The position numbers and the translations under genes are program-made. The notes under the pieces are model-generated. The model saw only the letters and a program-made list of their open reading frames with translations. It was not told the DNA's origin and did not search any database. Of a stretch of DNA of 64,000 bases, positions 35,846 through 48,920 are shown piece by piece (the first letter of the stretch is position 1; each line of letters starts with the position of its first letter). Source of the stretch: Zootoca vivipara (lineage: Eukaryota); assembly GCF_963506605.1 (NCBI RefSeq), contig NC_083290.1, positions 25,296,001 to 25,360,000 on the forward strand, written 5' to 3'.

Positions 35846-38800
35846 ATGTAGAAAATGCTACCCAAGTGATTTGTGTTAAATTACTAGTCCTCAAAGTTGG
35901 GGGAAATAAAAGTGTGGTTGCATTGCCTGTGGAAGGTTTCATTTCAACCGTATCATGTAGCTGGGGAACTGAAGCTGAGATAATAACTTACCTAAGGCCA
36001 CTCAGTGGCTCTGTGTGGGATTTGTATCTAGATTCTTCAGTTCCACCAAAGCCACTAGGCTCTTTCGGTGACATGTCAGCCCAGAAAACGTAAATGGAAT
36101 AAACAAAAAGGAGCGGCCTCGAGTTCCTTCCTTTTTAAAATAAAATCATTTAAAAAGAACAGTGGGAAGAGCTGATTTTGTGAAAAATGGTTCCTTTTAA
36201 TTTGCAAACAATCATTTACATAGTGCAAAGAATAGACTTTGCCATTACCACATAAGCAAACCAAAAGGCCCCTCCAGAGGCAGCAAGAAGGGCAACTGCA
36301 AGAGGAGACAACAGACCAGGTGCTGGATAAAAGGCAATTGCACGTCTTCTTCATCTTCTTATAAAGTAACACTCAGAAGGTTTGTGAGAGTGGGCAGCAG
36401 TTTGAACAAGGCACAGATCAGGAGTGAGCAACTAGCTCCACAGGACAGTAGGCAGGCCTTTGCTGTAACACCATACATTTCTGCTCCTGCTCCATTCTCC
36501 ATCCTCCACCCCCCCAAAAATTGCAAAATGTGCACTTCTACACATCTAACTGCTTAGAAAGACTGGAATAAAACTCCTCAGATACAGATTTTGGGAGGTG
36601 GGGTGGTTAGAGAAATCACATATTATTTTAAACTAGGTTGCTCTCCAACTTGCACATTTTTTTAGTTGCTCAGTACAAATCAGTGCATGTAAACTCTGGT
36701 CTAAGCTTGCAGAACTAGAGCACTGTACTGATTCAGACTGCAGGTGGGGAGGTTCACATTACTGAATGCTCCCCTCCAAATAAATAACAATAATAATAAT
36801 TTGTTAACATTAGCTTTCTACTTGCAAATAAGAAGAAGCAGGGTGACAAAGAACGCCTCTCTGATGTGCTACTTTGATTTTAACTTGTAGAAAGTTTTGT
36901 TATGTAGAGGATTACAAAAATAGAACCACCCATCGGCAGCCAGAAGTTGCAGGGTCTGTCCTACTACCTTGTAACACATGTTGACTGTCTAGATCCAAAC
37001 CATAGTACAACTGATTATATAAACTCTCTTTGATCCCATGTAAATGCACATACACACATACACACACAATCACAAACTGACTTGAGTTTGTTAGCTTTAT
37101 AGCTAGCTTGCCTTCAGCACTGTCTTCCTTTCTGACCTGCCATCATTAAGGCACTCAGTTTAGCATTTGCTCAAATCCATTTTTCAGCTACCAAACCTTT
37201 GGCTTTACACGAGAGTACATCATATCATTCAGGGGGGTGCCACAGCTCTCCCTCAAAACCAATGAACTTGGCAAATACTCTGTTACGATTCAGCAGCACT
37301 GTGCAGATTTAACTGCAAGGTTCAGAATTAAAAGAAAATTAAAAACATAATGAAGAAGACTTTCCAAATTTAAAAAAAAAACTCCACAATTTGGGAGGGT
37401 TTAAAACAGTCCCGTTTTTACAATGCAACTGAAAAATTCTGATTTTGCAACCCCCACACTGTGCACCCCCACAACATTCAAACCAAGTGTCATAAAATCT
37501 TAGCAAGTGACTTAGCAGACAATGTGTTTCAACAAGGTAGACACTCTAGTTTTCAGGACGGGAAAATCCGCTTTGAGATTCCAGTCTTCATTCTCATTTT
37601 GCAAAGTGAAGTTTAGCCCCTGAAGCATTTGGGGGTGAGGGTTGAACAACCTTCCCAGAGGGCTTTGAGCAGTGTTACAAAAGGCAAGGTCTCCTGGATG
37701 CGTTGCTCAAGTCTGCTGCAAAGGGTGCTGCTTAAGGTCACGATGGTGGAATTCATGACACCCTGACCTTTCAGCTGTGGACCTCATCTGTTACAAAGAG
37801 ATATTCACTGGGAAGTGCTATTAAAATCAACAGGGCATATTTCAAAGCAAACACTTAGGACCAGGGTGCCAGCCACATTCTAATGCTATTAAAACTATTC
37901 TGCGAAGGACGCTGATATCGGGTGCTTTTATACAGTCAGGATCAAGCCATGTTATGCCACAGCTTCAACAAGGTTGCAAAAATCTCTCTGGCCCAGGTGC
38001 AGCACTCCATTTATGACTAGGAACAGCTTTCAATAATTTAGAAAACTCAAAAGAACACCACAAATATAAAACCTGTCAGGGTTTCATATCTCTATCTCTC
38101 AGCTTTCTTTTCCCCAGTTTAAACATTCAAGAAACCAGATGGCTCTGGTCAGGGTAGCAGGTGAGGTGAGTAAACCACTATCTGTCTTTCTCAGCTCCAC
38201 ATTTTAGACACAGGAGAGATGAAGATTAGCAGCAGCTATTCACTGAGTTTTCTATGCTTTTGGATTTGCTCTCGTGCCCAATTTCCAAGAAGCAGAGCTA
38301 TGGATGCTTTCTGACTAGATCTGGAAAAAAGGGAGCCCAGAGGTTACTCTTATGCCACGTGCAACAGTCAAAACAAACCACTCTAGCCTATGTCCCTTCC
38401 TGCTTTTGTGATTTTCCTTCTAGAACGAATGTTACTAGCACCTGGGAGACTGGTTTAGTCTTCTGGATTTAAGCGATCAGATCCAGAGCCAGGCTTTCTT
38501 ACTGAGGTCACCACCCTGTTTGAATCTTACCCAGACAAGTAGCCATAAAAAGCTTTATCGTATTATCAGTCCACACCAGACTTAACAGGGCCTGGAGTCA
38601 AACCATTCAGTCTCCAGCACTGTTGATAAGAGGCTTGCCACTTGTTACGACTATATTTGGTTACATCAGCTTTCCCCAGCTGGACCCCAAAGAGTGAAAA
38701 TATATATCAATCAATCAGTTGTGCAACAAAGCTGGAATGTAATAGTTTTGCATAGGTGACCTGTGGAAGTTACATGCCAGCAGAGACAAGAGAATCCTGA

Positions 38801-39861
38801 CTTCAGCTTGCTAGTGTGTGGTGTCTCTGTGCTCCACAGCTGCACATTTGGTGTCCAGCTTGCTTTTTATATGAAGTCTTGAAACAAATGAGCACAGAAA
38901 ACCTGGAGGGGGGTGGGAAATGACAGTGCTGCCACAGCTCTTTCAAAATTACACATCAAAAAGATGCTCACCGGGTATTGGGAAGTACGTCTTGAAAGTA
39001 GGGATTCTGTGGTGCATGGTTTTTAAAAGTGCAAGCTAAATTAGTGAGCCTTTCTATGTATAGCACCTGTCAGAAATCTACACACCAGTGCTTGGAAGTA
39101 TGAACTTTCCTACTACAGAATGCACAAATACATGTTAAGGTAACTAGACAATATTCTGAAGAGAACCATAAAACTGGCCTTCTGGTCAGTTTCAGGTTGC
39201 TGAAGTCTCACTATTAGAACATAGGTGGGAAACTTATGGCTCTCCAGACATCAGCATGGCTGATGGTCAGGGATTACAGGAGCTGTAGTCTAGAAAGAAA
39301 TGCTGGGGTGAGAATATTGTTTCATACCCCCAATAAAAGAATGGAGGAAGGATTAACATATTCCCCCAAGTGTTTACCAAACAAGCCTGCTAAGGGTTGT
39401 TGTTGTTTACATGCTAAGTTATAGGAAACCCCCCAAAAATCTGCTCTCTTTGCAACAGGTAGCTCCTTACCAGAAATCTACCTTAATTACTTATCAGCTT
39501 CTGGCTGACATGTTACCAGTTGTTTTTTTAAGCCACACTTTTGTATATTCAACATGATGGCTCAACATCTTTAGCAACAGCAAAGTTCTAGATGATTACT
39601 GTGATCGGCTAGTGGCAGAAACAAGAAAATGAAAACAGAGGTGCATAGAAACCATCCACAGTATTTTCCAAGTTGCACTGACTGCAATAGTTCTTTGGAA
39701 ATAAAAAAAAGGGTAGCCATTGCCAATATCAACGATCAGCATAAAGCTGCTGTCAACCAGCTGCCATAGAAAACAGCAGGTCCAAAATGCCAGCAGCCCC
39801 ACATGCTTTGGCCAATGGAAAGCTTGAAGGAATGTGGAAAAAGCTATCCCCTCCACATAGG

Positions 39862-41367
39862 TCACAGGTAGACATTGAGAGTCTGCAGGATCATCTGCCG
39901 GCAGAGTGGGCAGTTGCGCTGGTATATGGCCTGCTGCAGCAGGATTTCAGTGCATTGCTGGCAGAGGCAAAGATGCCGGCAGGGAAGTAGCAAAACTGTC
40001 TTTGTTTGGTCCTGGCAGATGACACATTTCTTCCGCTCTTCTTGTTCTTTCAGAAGAAGCCATGGGTCATCGTCGTCCTCCAGAGTATTAAGCTGCTCTT
40101 TTGTTCCAGGTTTGGCATGTGATGTGCTTGGTCCTTCACTAGGAGGCTGCAAGTGCTGCCCTGACTGCAGACTCCGTTGTGTAGTTGATTCCAGATCATC
40201 TTCTGTTCTGTGCTGGTTCCTGCTGCCTCGAGCTGCTGCCTGCCATGTTTGGCGGGCACGGGGTACAGCTTGCTGATTGGTCACAGGTGGCCCTTGTCTT
40301 CTTGGATGAGTTGCTCCGGGAGGAGCTGGTCCCTGAACTACAGCAGGTCCTCCTGGCCTTTCTTGGTTGTCCTCAAGCAAAAGCTGTTGCTCTTGTTCCA
40401 CATGGTGGTTTCCTCCCCTGCCACCTCTGTTCCAGCTAGCCATCTGGAGGCTCCAGTCAGCTAACCTGCGCCAAGCTTGCGAGCTCAAGACCATCTCCAA
40501 TGACAAGAGTACAATCTGATACAGGCGACGCATGTCTCTGAGCAGGCGCTGGTAAGAAGGCATGGTGTTCAAATAGCCAGACATTTGGCTTGCCAGTGTC
40601 CACGTCAGCTGAGGGTTGAGGATTAAGATGCTGGTGGCAAGAATCACAGACAGCAACATCAAACCATAGAGGTTGAGGAAGAAAACATTAAGCAGCAGCT
40701 TGCTCACAGAGGCCAGCAGATCAAACGCCAACTGGCAGGGAGTCCACAGGAGGATGGCCATAGCAATGGCACTGCTGGACAGCCGTGCAACAAAAGCTGC
40801 AAAAATATCGGTGACCCTCAGAAAGGGGCCAACAACAGTTTCCCACAGGGCCAGTCCCAGAGAGAAAAGGTTCTGGGTTCCGATGAGGCAGATGTTGATG
40901 ATGCTGTTGACGAAGTAAGCCACAAGGCTCATGATGATGGCACACACTTCACACACTTGCCTGAGAAGTGACTGGCCGGATCCAACCAGGTTCCAGAAAC
41001 CACGGTGCATAATATCTTTGCTTTTAAGTGTCAGGTGGGTGAACAGGTGGCCCACTACTTTCAAGCTCTCCATGCTGGAGAAGAAGCCCCGCAGCATGTT
41101 GATGATGGTGTGCACAGAGCCCAGAGTCAAATAATACAATGCTTCGGCTATGCATAGCAAGGATAACGTAATCCCATTCCAGCAGTGGATCACACAAGCA
41201 ACCAAGGTATTGGGGAGGCTATAAACAAATGCAATGAGCCAGACGAGGAAGGACACTAGTGTGGAAAAGAGGAAGAAGTTGACATCCAGCAAGACAACCA
41301 AGAGGTCCAAAATCATTCCCACACCATTGATAACCAGAAACACTAGATCCATAGCGGAGCTCCACAT
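39862..41367 (-). CDS. RNF26: E3 ubiquitin ligase RNF26, main coding exon
   Basis: 501-aa ORF. Hydrophobic multi-TM N-half beginning MDLVFLVINGVG, C-terminal DPWLLLKEQEERKKCVICQDQTKTVLLLPCRHLCLC...CPLCRQMILQTLNVYL RING. Tail-to-tail with C1QTNF5 as in mammals. Confidence 0.97.
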   Translation of the reverse strand: MWSSAMDLVFLVINGVGMILDLLVVLLDVNFFLFSTLVSFLVWLIAFVYSLPNTLVACVIHCWNGITLSLLCIAEALYYLTLGSVHTIINMLRGFFSSMESLKVVGHLFTHLTLKSKDIMHRGFWNLVGSGQSLLRQVCEVCAIIMSLVAYFVNSIINICLIGTQNLFSLGLALWETVVGPFLRVTDIFAAFVARLSSSAIAMAILLWTPCQLAFDLLASVSKLLLNVFFLNLYGLMLLSVILATSILILNPQLTWTLASQMSGYLNTMPSYQRLLRDMRRLYQIVLLSLEMVLSSQAWRRLADWSLQMASWNRGGRGGNHHVEQEQQLLLEDNQERPGGPAVVQGPAPPGATHPRRQGPPVTNQQAVPRARQTWQAAARGSRNQHRTEDDLESTTQRSLQSGQHLQPPSEGPSTSHAKPGTKEQLNTLEDDDDPWLLLKEQEERKKCVICQDQTKTVLLLPCRHLCLCQQCTEILLQQAIYQRNCPLCRQMILQTLNVYL

Positions 41368-41448
41368 GGAGAGCTGGCAAAAATAGGAATAATTGGACTG
41401 ACAAGAGTTTGATTGCCACTGACGGGAGCTGCACCGCTTCCCAAAAGA
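41368..41448 (-). CDS. RNF26: 5' part of the RNF26 main exon, open and in frame (possible N-terminal extension or 5' UTR)
   Basis: Acceptor ctctcctttcag at 41460-41449; 81 nt (27 codons) with no stop up to ATG 41367. Confidence 0.5.
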
Positions 41449-41989
41449 CTGAAAGGAGAGGTCCCAGTATCCTAGGAATGGATTTTTACGTACTGTATTT
41501 CAGTGTTTTATGAAATAAGGGACTGTTTTGGCATCAAAATGGAAAGTGCACTGAAGACAAACATCAATGCTCCCTTGTCCTTTGAGGCTTAATCCCTTCT
41601 TATAAAATTTGTAGGAATGCTCAATTTGGAAGAAGAGTTGTTTTTGTTGCTTTTCTCTCCAATTCGAATATACAAAGTATTTATTTCAGACCAGGTAGCA
41701 ACAGTTCCATTTTCCAAAGGGAGCAGGTCTGGCTCCTAAATCACTCACTTGACAAAAAAATAATACCTGTAGTCTCACTTCACTCAAGAGTTATTGAGAT
41801 CTAAGCAAATGTCCCCACATGCTACAAGTGAGAGCTTCTTTCTTCCTGCTGAGCTTTTTATTTCAGGATTATGCTGTCAGCAAAAGGGGTAGAAGCGAGT
41901 GTGTTTTTATTTGCATGGGGAAAATAAGGCAGACCCCCATCAGACGAGATTCTTATCAATCCGCTGTGGCGAAAATGCGTGGAACACAG

Positions 41990-42750
41990 TAGACGGGGGA
42001 AGGCAAGTTAGGACATGCCCGCTAGTGTACTAGGGACGCATGCAGGGGAGGGGGGAGGGGACGGAAGGCTCCAGTGAAATCCCCTCCCCCTGGGGGGCTC
42101 CTTGAAGGTCTCTGAAGTCAGCTTAGGGAACTGGAGCCCAGACCGGGTGGGTCTCCCTCCGTAGCATCCACTCCTCGCCTTGACAACCGTTGCCACCTTC
42201 TTGCGTCCCCCTCTCTTACTTGCAAGCAGCGGAATAAGGAAGGTGGGGAGATCGATCCCGTTAAGTCTAGCAATCGTTCCCACTCGCCGCTGCATCCGAA
42301 GCTCTTACCTTCGCGCTGATGGGCGCCGCCATTTTGGTAGGCGGGGCCAACGCTCCGCAGCCAATCAACCCAGGGGAACCCGACGGACGTTGAACCGTCC
42401 AGCGCATGATTTGCTCGTCGTTGTTGTTGTTTTTCGCCTCCGTGCCACGATTGGAGAGTTTTGAAAAACGCCACTGGGCGGTTGACGGAGAGTGCCGAGG
42501 GGGCGTGGCTTTGCCGAGGCCGTTGAGGGGGCAGCCCCGCCCCAATACAGTCGGAGGATAATAGTAGGAGGGAGGAGGACGGACGCTGCCCGACTGTTAG
42601 TAGGTCACGTGATTCTGTGGTGGGCGGGGTCCTAGGTTTAAAAGGAGAGTGTACGGTATTACTGTATTGTGACTGGGAGTATAATTTTCCCGCCTTTTTT
42701 CTTGTAGGGATTCTCCCCCTCATTTGAAAGGCGCGGGGGGGGGGGCAAGT
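41990..42750 (-). promoter_or_regulatory. RNF26: RNF26 CpG-island promoter
   Basis: CpG-rich. YY1-type AAAATGGCGGC (42335-42325), CCAAT boxes (42361, 42450, 42542), GC boxes (42340, 42500, 42532, 42621), GTCACGTGA E-box (42604-12), TTTCCCGCC (42686-94). Confidence 0.85.
42309..42332 (-). CDS. RNF26: RNF26 upstream exon encoding MAAPISAK
   Basis: AAAATGG strong Kozak context; donor AAG|GTAAGA; phase 0, in frame with the main exon. Confidence 0.5.
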
Positions 42751-42919
42751 GTAGACAAAAGACTTTTGTTATTTAAAATCTGAGGTGAGATTTCAGGAAA
42801 GGAGCTCAGCTTGCAAACCGAAGGAAGGAGCTCATTTCCCCGCCCCACACACTTTTTTTGGGGGGGGGGGGGTTGTAGCATTTTAAAAAGTGAAGAAGGA
42901 ATCCTGTCAATTGCCTATA

Positions 42920-43309
42920 AGGTAAAAGGTAAAGGACCCCTGGATGGTTAAGTCCAGTCAAAGGTGACTTTGGGGATGTGGCGCTCATCTCGCTTCCAGG
43001 CCAAGAGAGCTGGTGTTTGACCACAAACAGTTTTCCAGGTCATGTGCCCAGCATGACTAAACCGCTACTGGCGCACGGAGGACTGTGCGCTAGTGACGAG
43101 TGCCAGAGCGCATGGAAACGCTGTTTACCTTCCCGCTGTAGCGGTACCTATTTATCTACTTGCACTGGCATGCTTTTGAACTGCTAGGTTGGCAGGAGCT
43201 GGGACAGAGCAACGGGAGCTCACCCCGTCGCGGGGATTTGAACTGCCGGTCTTCTGATCAGCAAGCCCAAGAGGCTCAGTGGTTTAGACCACAGCGCCAC
43301 CCGCATCCC
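42920..43309 (-). mobile_element. Sauria SINE, full length
   Basis: 15-bp perfect TSD tgtcaattgcctata (42905-19, 43310-24). Confidence 0.93.
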
Positions 43310-46300
43310 TGTCAATTGCCTATACCACATTAAGAACGGCATGAGCTTTCTTCCCCAAGCAGTTCTCTATTTTCCACCCTCAAGGACTACCCTTGAGGAC
43401 TCAAATTCTGTACTCTGAACCTCAGGACACCTGATAACCTAATTCAGTTTGAAGGCTATTCTTTGTTCACCACCACATATTATGCTTCCTTTCTCACATC
43501 AACAGCCCTATATATATACACACACACCTGCAATGTCTGGGTGCTGTTTACCTGTGACAGAGGTGCTTTAGCTACAAGGGCAAGCATATATGCTTGGTTG
43601 TTGGCCCACCATGAGGGGTTGCACTGATCACCTTTTCTTTCTTTTAAAAATAATGCTTGTTCAGTACTTAGGGTCATAAAACCTGTTCTGGCAAGTTTTA
43701 AATTAAACCTAGTAGGAAATTTGATCCGTCTTTTGCGTGCTTGGGGGAAATGAGAAAAAGCTATAAATGCTGATTCGCTGAGCAAGTCAAGGCTAAATTG
43801 CTATTAAATTCATTCAAGGCTAAATTGCAAAAAAGCAAAACAAAAGCAGCAGCTTTTCCCGTTTGCTGAGATTTGTACCTTCCAAAAGTTGTAGCAAGGT
43901 TATCAAACCTGATGCCTTTCTATTTGTCCTGGCAAAAGGTTATCACCACAGATTTCCTTCCATTTGTTTTAGCAAAAGAGATTTTAGAACATAAGGAGGA
44001 GCACTGCTCAATCCAATGAAAGATCCATCTACATTTTGCTTTCCCACACTGGCCGCAACTTGTTGAAGTTCTCACTTCAGTTTTCTGCACACCACTTAGA
44101 GATATTTGTAATACATTGTGCAGTATAGAAATGATGTTAATAATAATAAAACATGCAGCAGCAACTTTTATTATTTAATAGGCAAGACAAGCTCCAAGGA
44201 ATATATAAACTTTTCCCCTCTGGCAGTGGAAAGAAAACAAGGAAGTTATGTGACAGTTTATTTGCAGTCAACCAAAACAGATTATTTTAGAATAGTTCTT
44301 GTTTTCCATCTTTTTTTGTTTCAAAATGTTTATATACATTATTTTGACAGCAGTTGACATTACTTCAGAAAGTGTTATGACTGGAACAGAATGGAACATT
44401 TTACCATTCCTTCCAGAATTCATGAGTTGTTTTACCTTCTTCAGAAAAGTATTTGCAGTAAGAAGCATACAATAAGCCTCCAGTAGAAGACCTGATATGA
44501 AAAGTCCTTCCTTCAGTTTGTTTGTTGCTAGGCGTTATGATTCAACAGCCAGACCAGACTTGTCTTAATTCATTTTGTCCTTGTATCATATACAGACAAT
44601 CACTTGTTCAGGCAATCCCCCCTACACAATGTGTACGCTAGTGTGGGGCAGAGTATGGATTTATTCCTTCTAGGTGCTTCTGGTAAAAAAAAACCTACAA
44701 CCTTTCTGCAGAAAATTGTGGTTGATGAAAAACACATGAGTATAATCCTTACGAGTATAATTATGAGTTCAATTCTTATGAGTATAATTTTCCACATTTG
44801 TGGTTTAGCTGGGATGCAGAAGTGCCCATCCTGAAGCATCAAAATCTCTCAACTGTACTGAAAGAGAGTATTTTAGACAGGGAAGTCATAGGGTTAATCA
44901 TGACTTTGGGCCAAGGTAATGGAAAAATATCTTGGCTTCATTTCAGTCCTGCAGCGCAGCGTTCTCTACAGTGGCGTCCCTAGCAACATTCTCCTATTGC
45001 TCCCAAAGCCGTCTTGTCTGCTGCTTCCCCCAAACTCTGCTTTCCTGGTGTTCTTTGGTGTTGTATTTTTCCATTATGAAGAGCTGTTTGTACTCTATTT
45101 GTGCAGGTGCCCTTTCTCCAAAGTATAGAAGAATCAAAGCTTAATTGATTTAACAGAATCTGAGTCTTGTTTAAAGCCAGATGCCCTGGTCTTAAAGGCA
45201 GGGCTGCATATTATCACATTTGTCCTGCTTTCTTCATTAGCTGTAGAAAAAAACTTGAACTGAATATTTACACCAATTAGATTGAAAGAATAAGCCAAGA
45301 TATAAGAGCAGTTCTTCTTAGCATAATTTCCTTTGCTATTAGTTTACCAGTAAATCATAAATGGCACGGGGAACATTATTTAAAGAAATGACTAGGCTGA
45401 TTCCTTTCTATACTGTGTACTGGAACAGAAAGCCAGATGGATAGAAAGTGAATGAAAGACACTTTAAATTCAGATGGACATTTAGCCAATATATTTATAT
45501 CCATCCATCCATCTAGTTTTTTACATTTGAACTGCAGATGCAGGAAGGGGAGGCAAAAAAACTGGTGCATCATTTATGAAATCAGCTTAAACCTCAGAGC
45601 CAGTTTTCGAAACTCTCATTGTTCTAGGTGCATTTCATTAGTGCGAGCTGATTCTCAGCTCTAGGCACAGTAGTGCACCTAAGATTTCAAATTAAAACTG
45701 CAGAGTGGAAGGAAAGAAGGACCTTTTCCTGCCTCTCCACTTCCAGCTATTTTCTGAAGACTGGGAAAGAGACCCTCTTCAGAATGTTCATTCATTTTCA
45801 GCTTTGTATTCTTGTTATATAAAATTTGTGCCTGGACATTCTGTTGTTGTGCCCATAACCTGGGTTTAAGGTGCCATTTAGCTCCTAGCTTTCATATCTC
45901 AGTTTCTAACGCTGCTCGGAGCCACAGATGAAATTTAGCACAGCAAGGTCTTGTCCTAGCTACTGGAAAACATTTGTGCCCATAATATAGATTGACATCC
46001 TCTCTAAGGTATATCATGAGACATATAGTACCAGGACTGAAGTGGGATGGGAGTGGGACATAGCAGATAAAGAGAACAAAGGTGTATTGGCAGCATTTCA
46101 AGAGCTGAGCTCCATAACGTAAAACATATAACATATTTGAACATAATACATATGGATAAGATTATAAAAGCAGATTGGGGAGGGGGCTGTGGGTTGCAGT
46201 GCTTCATCATGGTGGTGCGTAGCTCAGTACAGCCATGCTGCAGCAAGATTTATGCTCTCATCCCAAGCATTACATTATGTGTCATGCTTTAAATTTCTTC

Positions 46301-47207
46301 TCTTGTGGCATGACCTCCCTCAACACAAACACACAGAGACACCCCCTCATTAGGGGCCCATTCTTGCTGGGAAATTAATTTTTTTGTGTTGTTTTCCAAG
46401 CATCCATAACGATTCCAGTGCCACCCAAGAGCCTCACTTCAAGGAATCAAGCTTACATTCCTTTCCCTGATTCCAAACACAAGTGCTCAGGGCTTGGCAT
46501 TCCTTCCCCTACAATACTGAAAGCAACAGGTTAAGAATCTGTATGTAAACTGTAAGGCAAACTTCAGGGTTAGTACTTAGGGTCCCTGGAGAGCAGCATT
46601 CCACACCCATCTAGCTCTGAAGTCAGTGATGATAAGCTCTGAGCTCTTTGAGCGAGACTCTCAAGCAGAGGTCTTTTGAAGGAAAGGGAAGGAGAAAAAC
46701 GTTCTATGGGAAAGAGAGCAGAAGATCCTCTCACTTGCTCAGAGCATCCTCCGCAGTTCACTGTGGACGCTTGTTGATCATATCCTTAGTGTGGCTGTGG
46801 ACAATGTGTGTTGCAGCTTTGCAACTCTTGGATACCTCTTAAGCTAGACTTTGTGTGGAAAATTCTTAATTCTTAAATATTACAGTATAAAACCATGCTT
46901 CTTAAAATTGTAGACAGGGCAAGAGTCTCCCTAGGCAAAATTTGACCCAGTATCCTGCTAATGTTAGCAATAGTCTCCTGATGCTTCCAGGATGTCACTT
47001 CTCTTGGGTGAAGGGGACAAAAGCTGGTCCCAGATACAACTCCTTGTCTTGGATATGTTAACTGTGTTCACACAGTTTCAATTTATGTATTTTAAGGATA
47101 TTTGTTATTCTTTTATACTTTTCAATAATTAAAGCAGTGTAGCAAGACAAACAACAACATAAAAAAGAGCAAGGGGGCTCGTGCCTGGACAAGGACATGT
47201 AGTACAG

Positions 47208-47380
47208 CAGAGCTTTCCAAACTGTGTGTCGCGACATGTTAGTGTGTCGGCTGCAGTATGCTCCTCTCGTGGCTGGAAATGGTTAGTTTAACCACTGTTT
47301 TGCTAGTAAAACTGAATAACTGTGTCATGAAATGATGCATGTCTAAAAAGTATGTCACCAACAAGGTTTGGAAAGCTCTG
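47208..47380. mobile_element. hAT MITE
   Basis: Perfect 15-bp TIR cagagctttccaaac; perfect TSD tagtacag. Confidence 0.93.
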
Positions 47381-48920
47381 TAGTACAGGGTGACTTTGTA
47401 ACAGTAACCATCCAACATGAAGAGCCAATAAGCTTGCTAGCAAAGTTTGGGATACACAAGTGACCTGAAGCGGGAGAGCAGAGGAAGGTATTTTGACTGC
47501 AATGTGGGTGGCAGCGCTGATAATACACACTTCATGTGTCATTACATTTTTATCCATGCTCTCTGCTTTCTTCTTTGATCTGCCTTTTCCTGGCCGTGAA
47601 ACAAGAATTAGTTGTACTAGCCAAACTGTTGCCTTCAGTTTGATCTGTATTATTTTCTTGAGGGGTTGAACATCTGTTCCCTCTATACTTAGAGAGGCCA
47701 GCTATATATTGAAATCCCCTGGTCTAAAATTATTACACTACACACAACAGTTTCATTGCTACACATGAGCTTGCAATTGGCTCTTATGCTGTTGACTAAA
47801 AGGCCAAAGGGAAAACACTACCCAACAGCCACAATACATGCTCTCAGTAATTAACAGTGGACTCAAGGAGAGGGGGAGAAAATGTAGCCTGTAGGCTGCT
47901 TCAACAAAACCATAGCTGTATTTCTCCATCCAAAGATACCATCATTAATGTCTGTATACACAACATTCATGCTATCATTATTCTAATAATCTGAGTTGTG
48001 CAGTCAATGCAGCTACCAAAAAAGGCACCAGAACGCATTTATTTATAATCCTGTTAAATTAGCAATGAGCCAATCTCTTCAGTTCTCACCATAACAGACT
48101 CTGTTTTCATGTTTATATTAACTCACTCAATTTTCATTCTGTAGATTTCTTTGGTGTGATTGTCTTTTCTTCTCTAATTTCATACATTTCTTCCTGCTTG
48201 TGCCATCCTCCCCTGCTCCTCACACACACCCCTTTACCACGAAACAGAGCTGGAGATGCTTTCAGCATTTATGGTAATGTTTGGATTTGTGATCCCTAAA
48301 AAAAGAAAGAAAGATGGCCTCTGTCCATTTCATTCAGTTTTATTTGTGGCAGGCTGTTGAGCTGGGGAAATGAAGCATATAAGAGGCATCCCAGGACAAG
48401 CTAGGATTTGCTCCTGCAATGGTCCTCTAAATCTTTATGTCCTGTCCCCCCCACCGTTTCTTAACACTGTTTTCTGTCACTGGTCGCTTCAAGTTGACCG
48501 GTTTATTGAGCAGTCATGCTGATTTTGTTTGCACGACGTTTGCAGGGAGGATAGACAATGCTATCTATTTATTCAGCATTCATTCTGGTTTGGTCTTGTG
48601 GAGGTTATATGACATTATGTCAAGTAACTGGCATCCCATACTTTCCTCATCAGTTTCTTTATTGCAAAAAGTCGGGGGGGGGCACAGGAAGAAGAAGGCT
48701 TGTTGAACAAGAGTACTAAATCAACCTAGAGTGCTAAATCAACCTGTACAACCTGGATTGTATTTATGTGATTGAAGACGACCTGAAAATAATAACAGCC
48801 TGAAAGTGGCCACTCTATGTGGTGCCTCTATGTGCTTAAATGGAGGGGCTTTTTTGCTCTTCATTCCAATCCCGTTCCTCCTGCATGGATTCTCTCTGAA
48901 CCTAACATTTCACTTCCAAA

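Noticed and set aside
42118-42723. 201-aa minus-strand ORF at the RNF26 promoter
   Set aside because: CpG-island artefact with no domain. The plausible coding piece is the 8-codon exon in another frame.
44735-44790. Short degenerate tandem (atgagtataat) repeats; similar local duplications at 13645-13690 and 33895-33960
   Set aside because: Simple slippage duplications with no spacer structure; not CRISPR-like.
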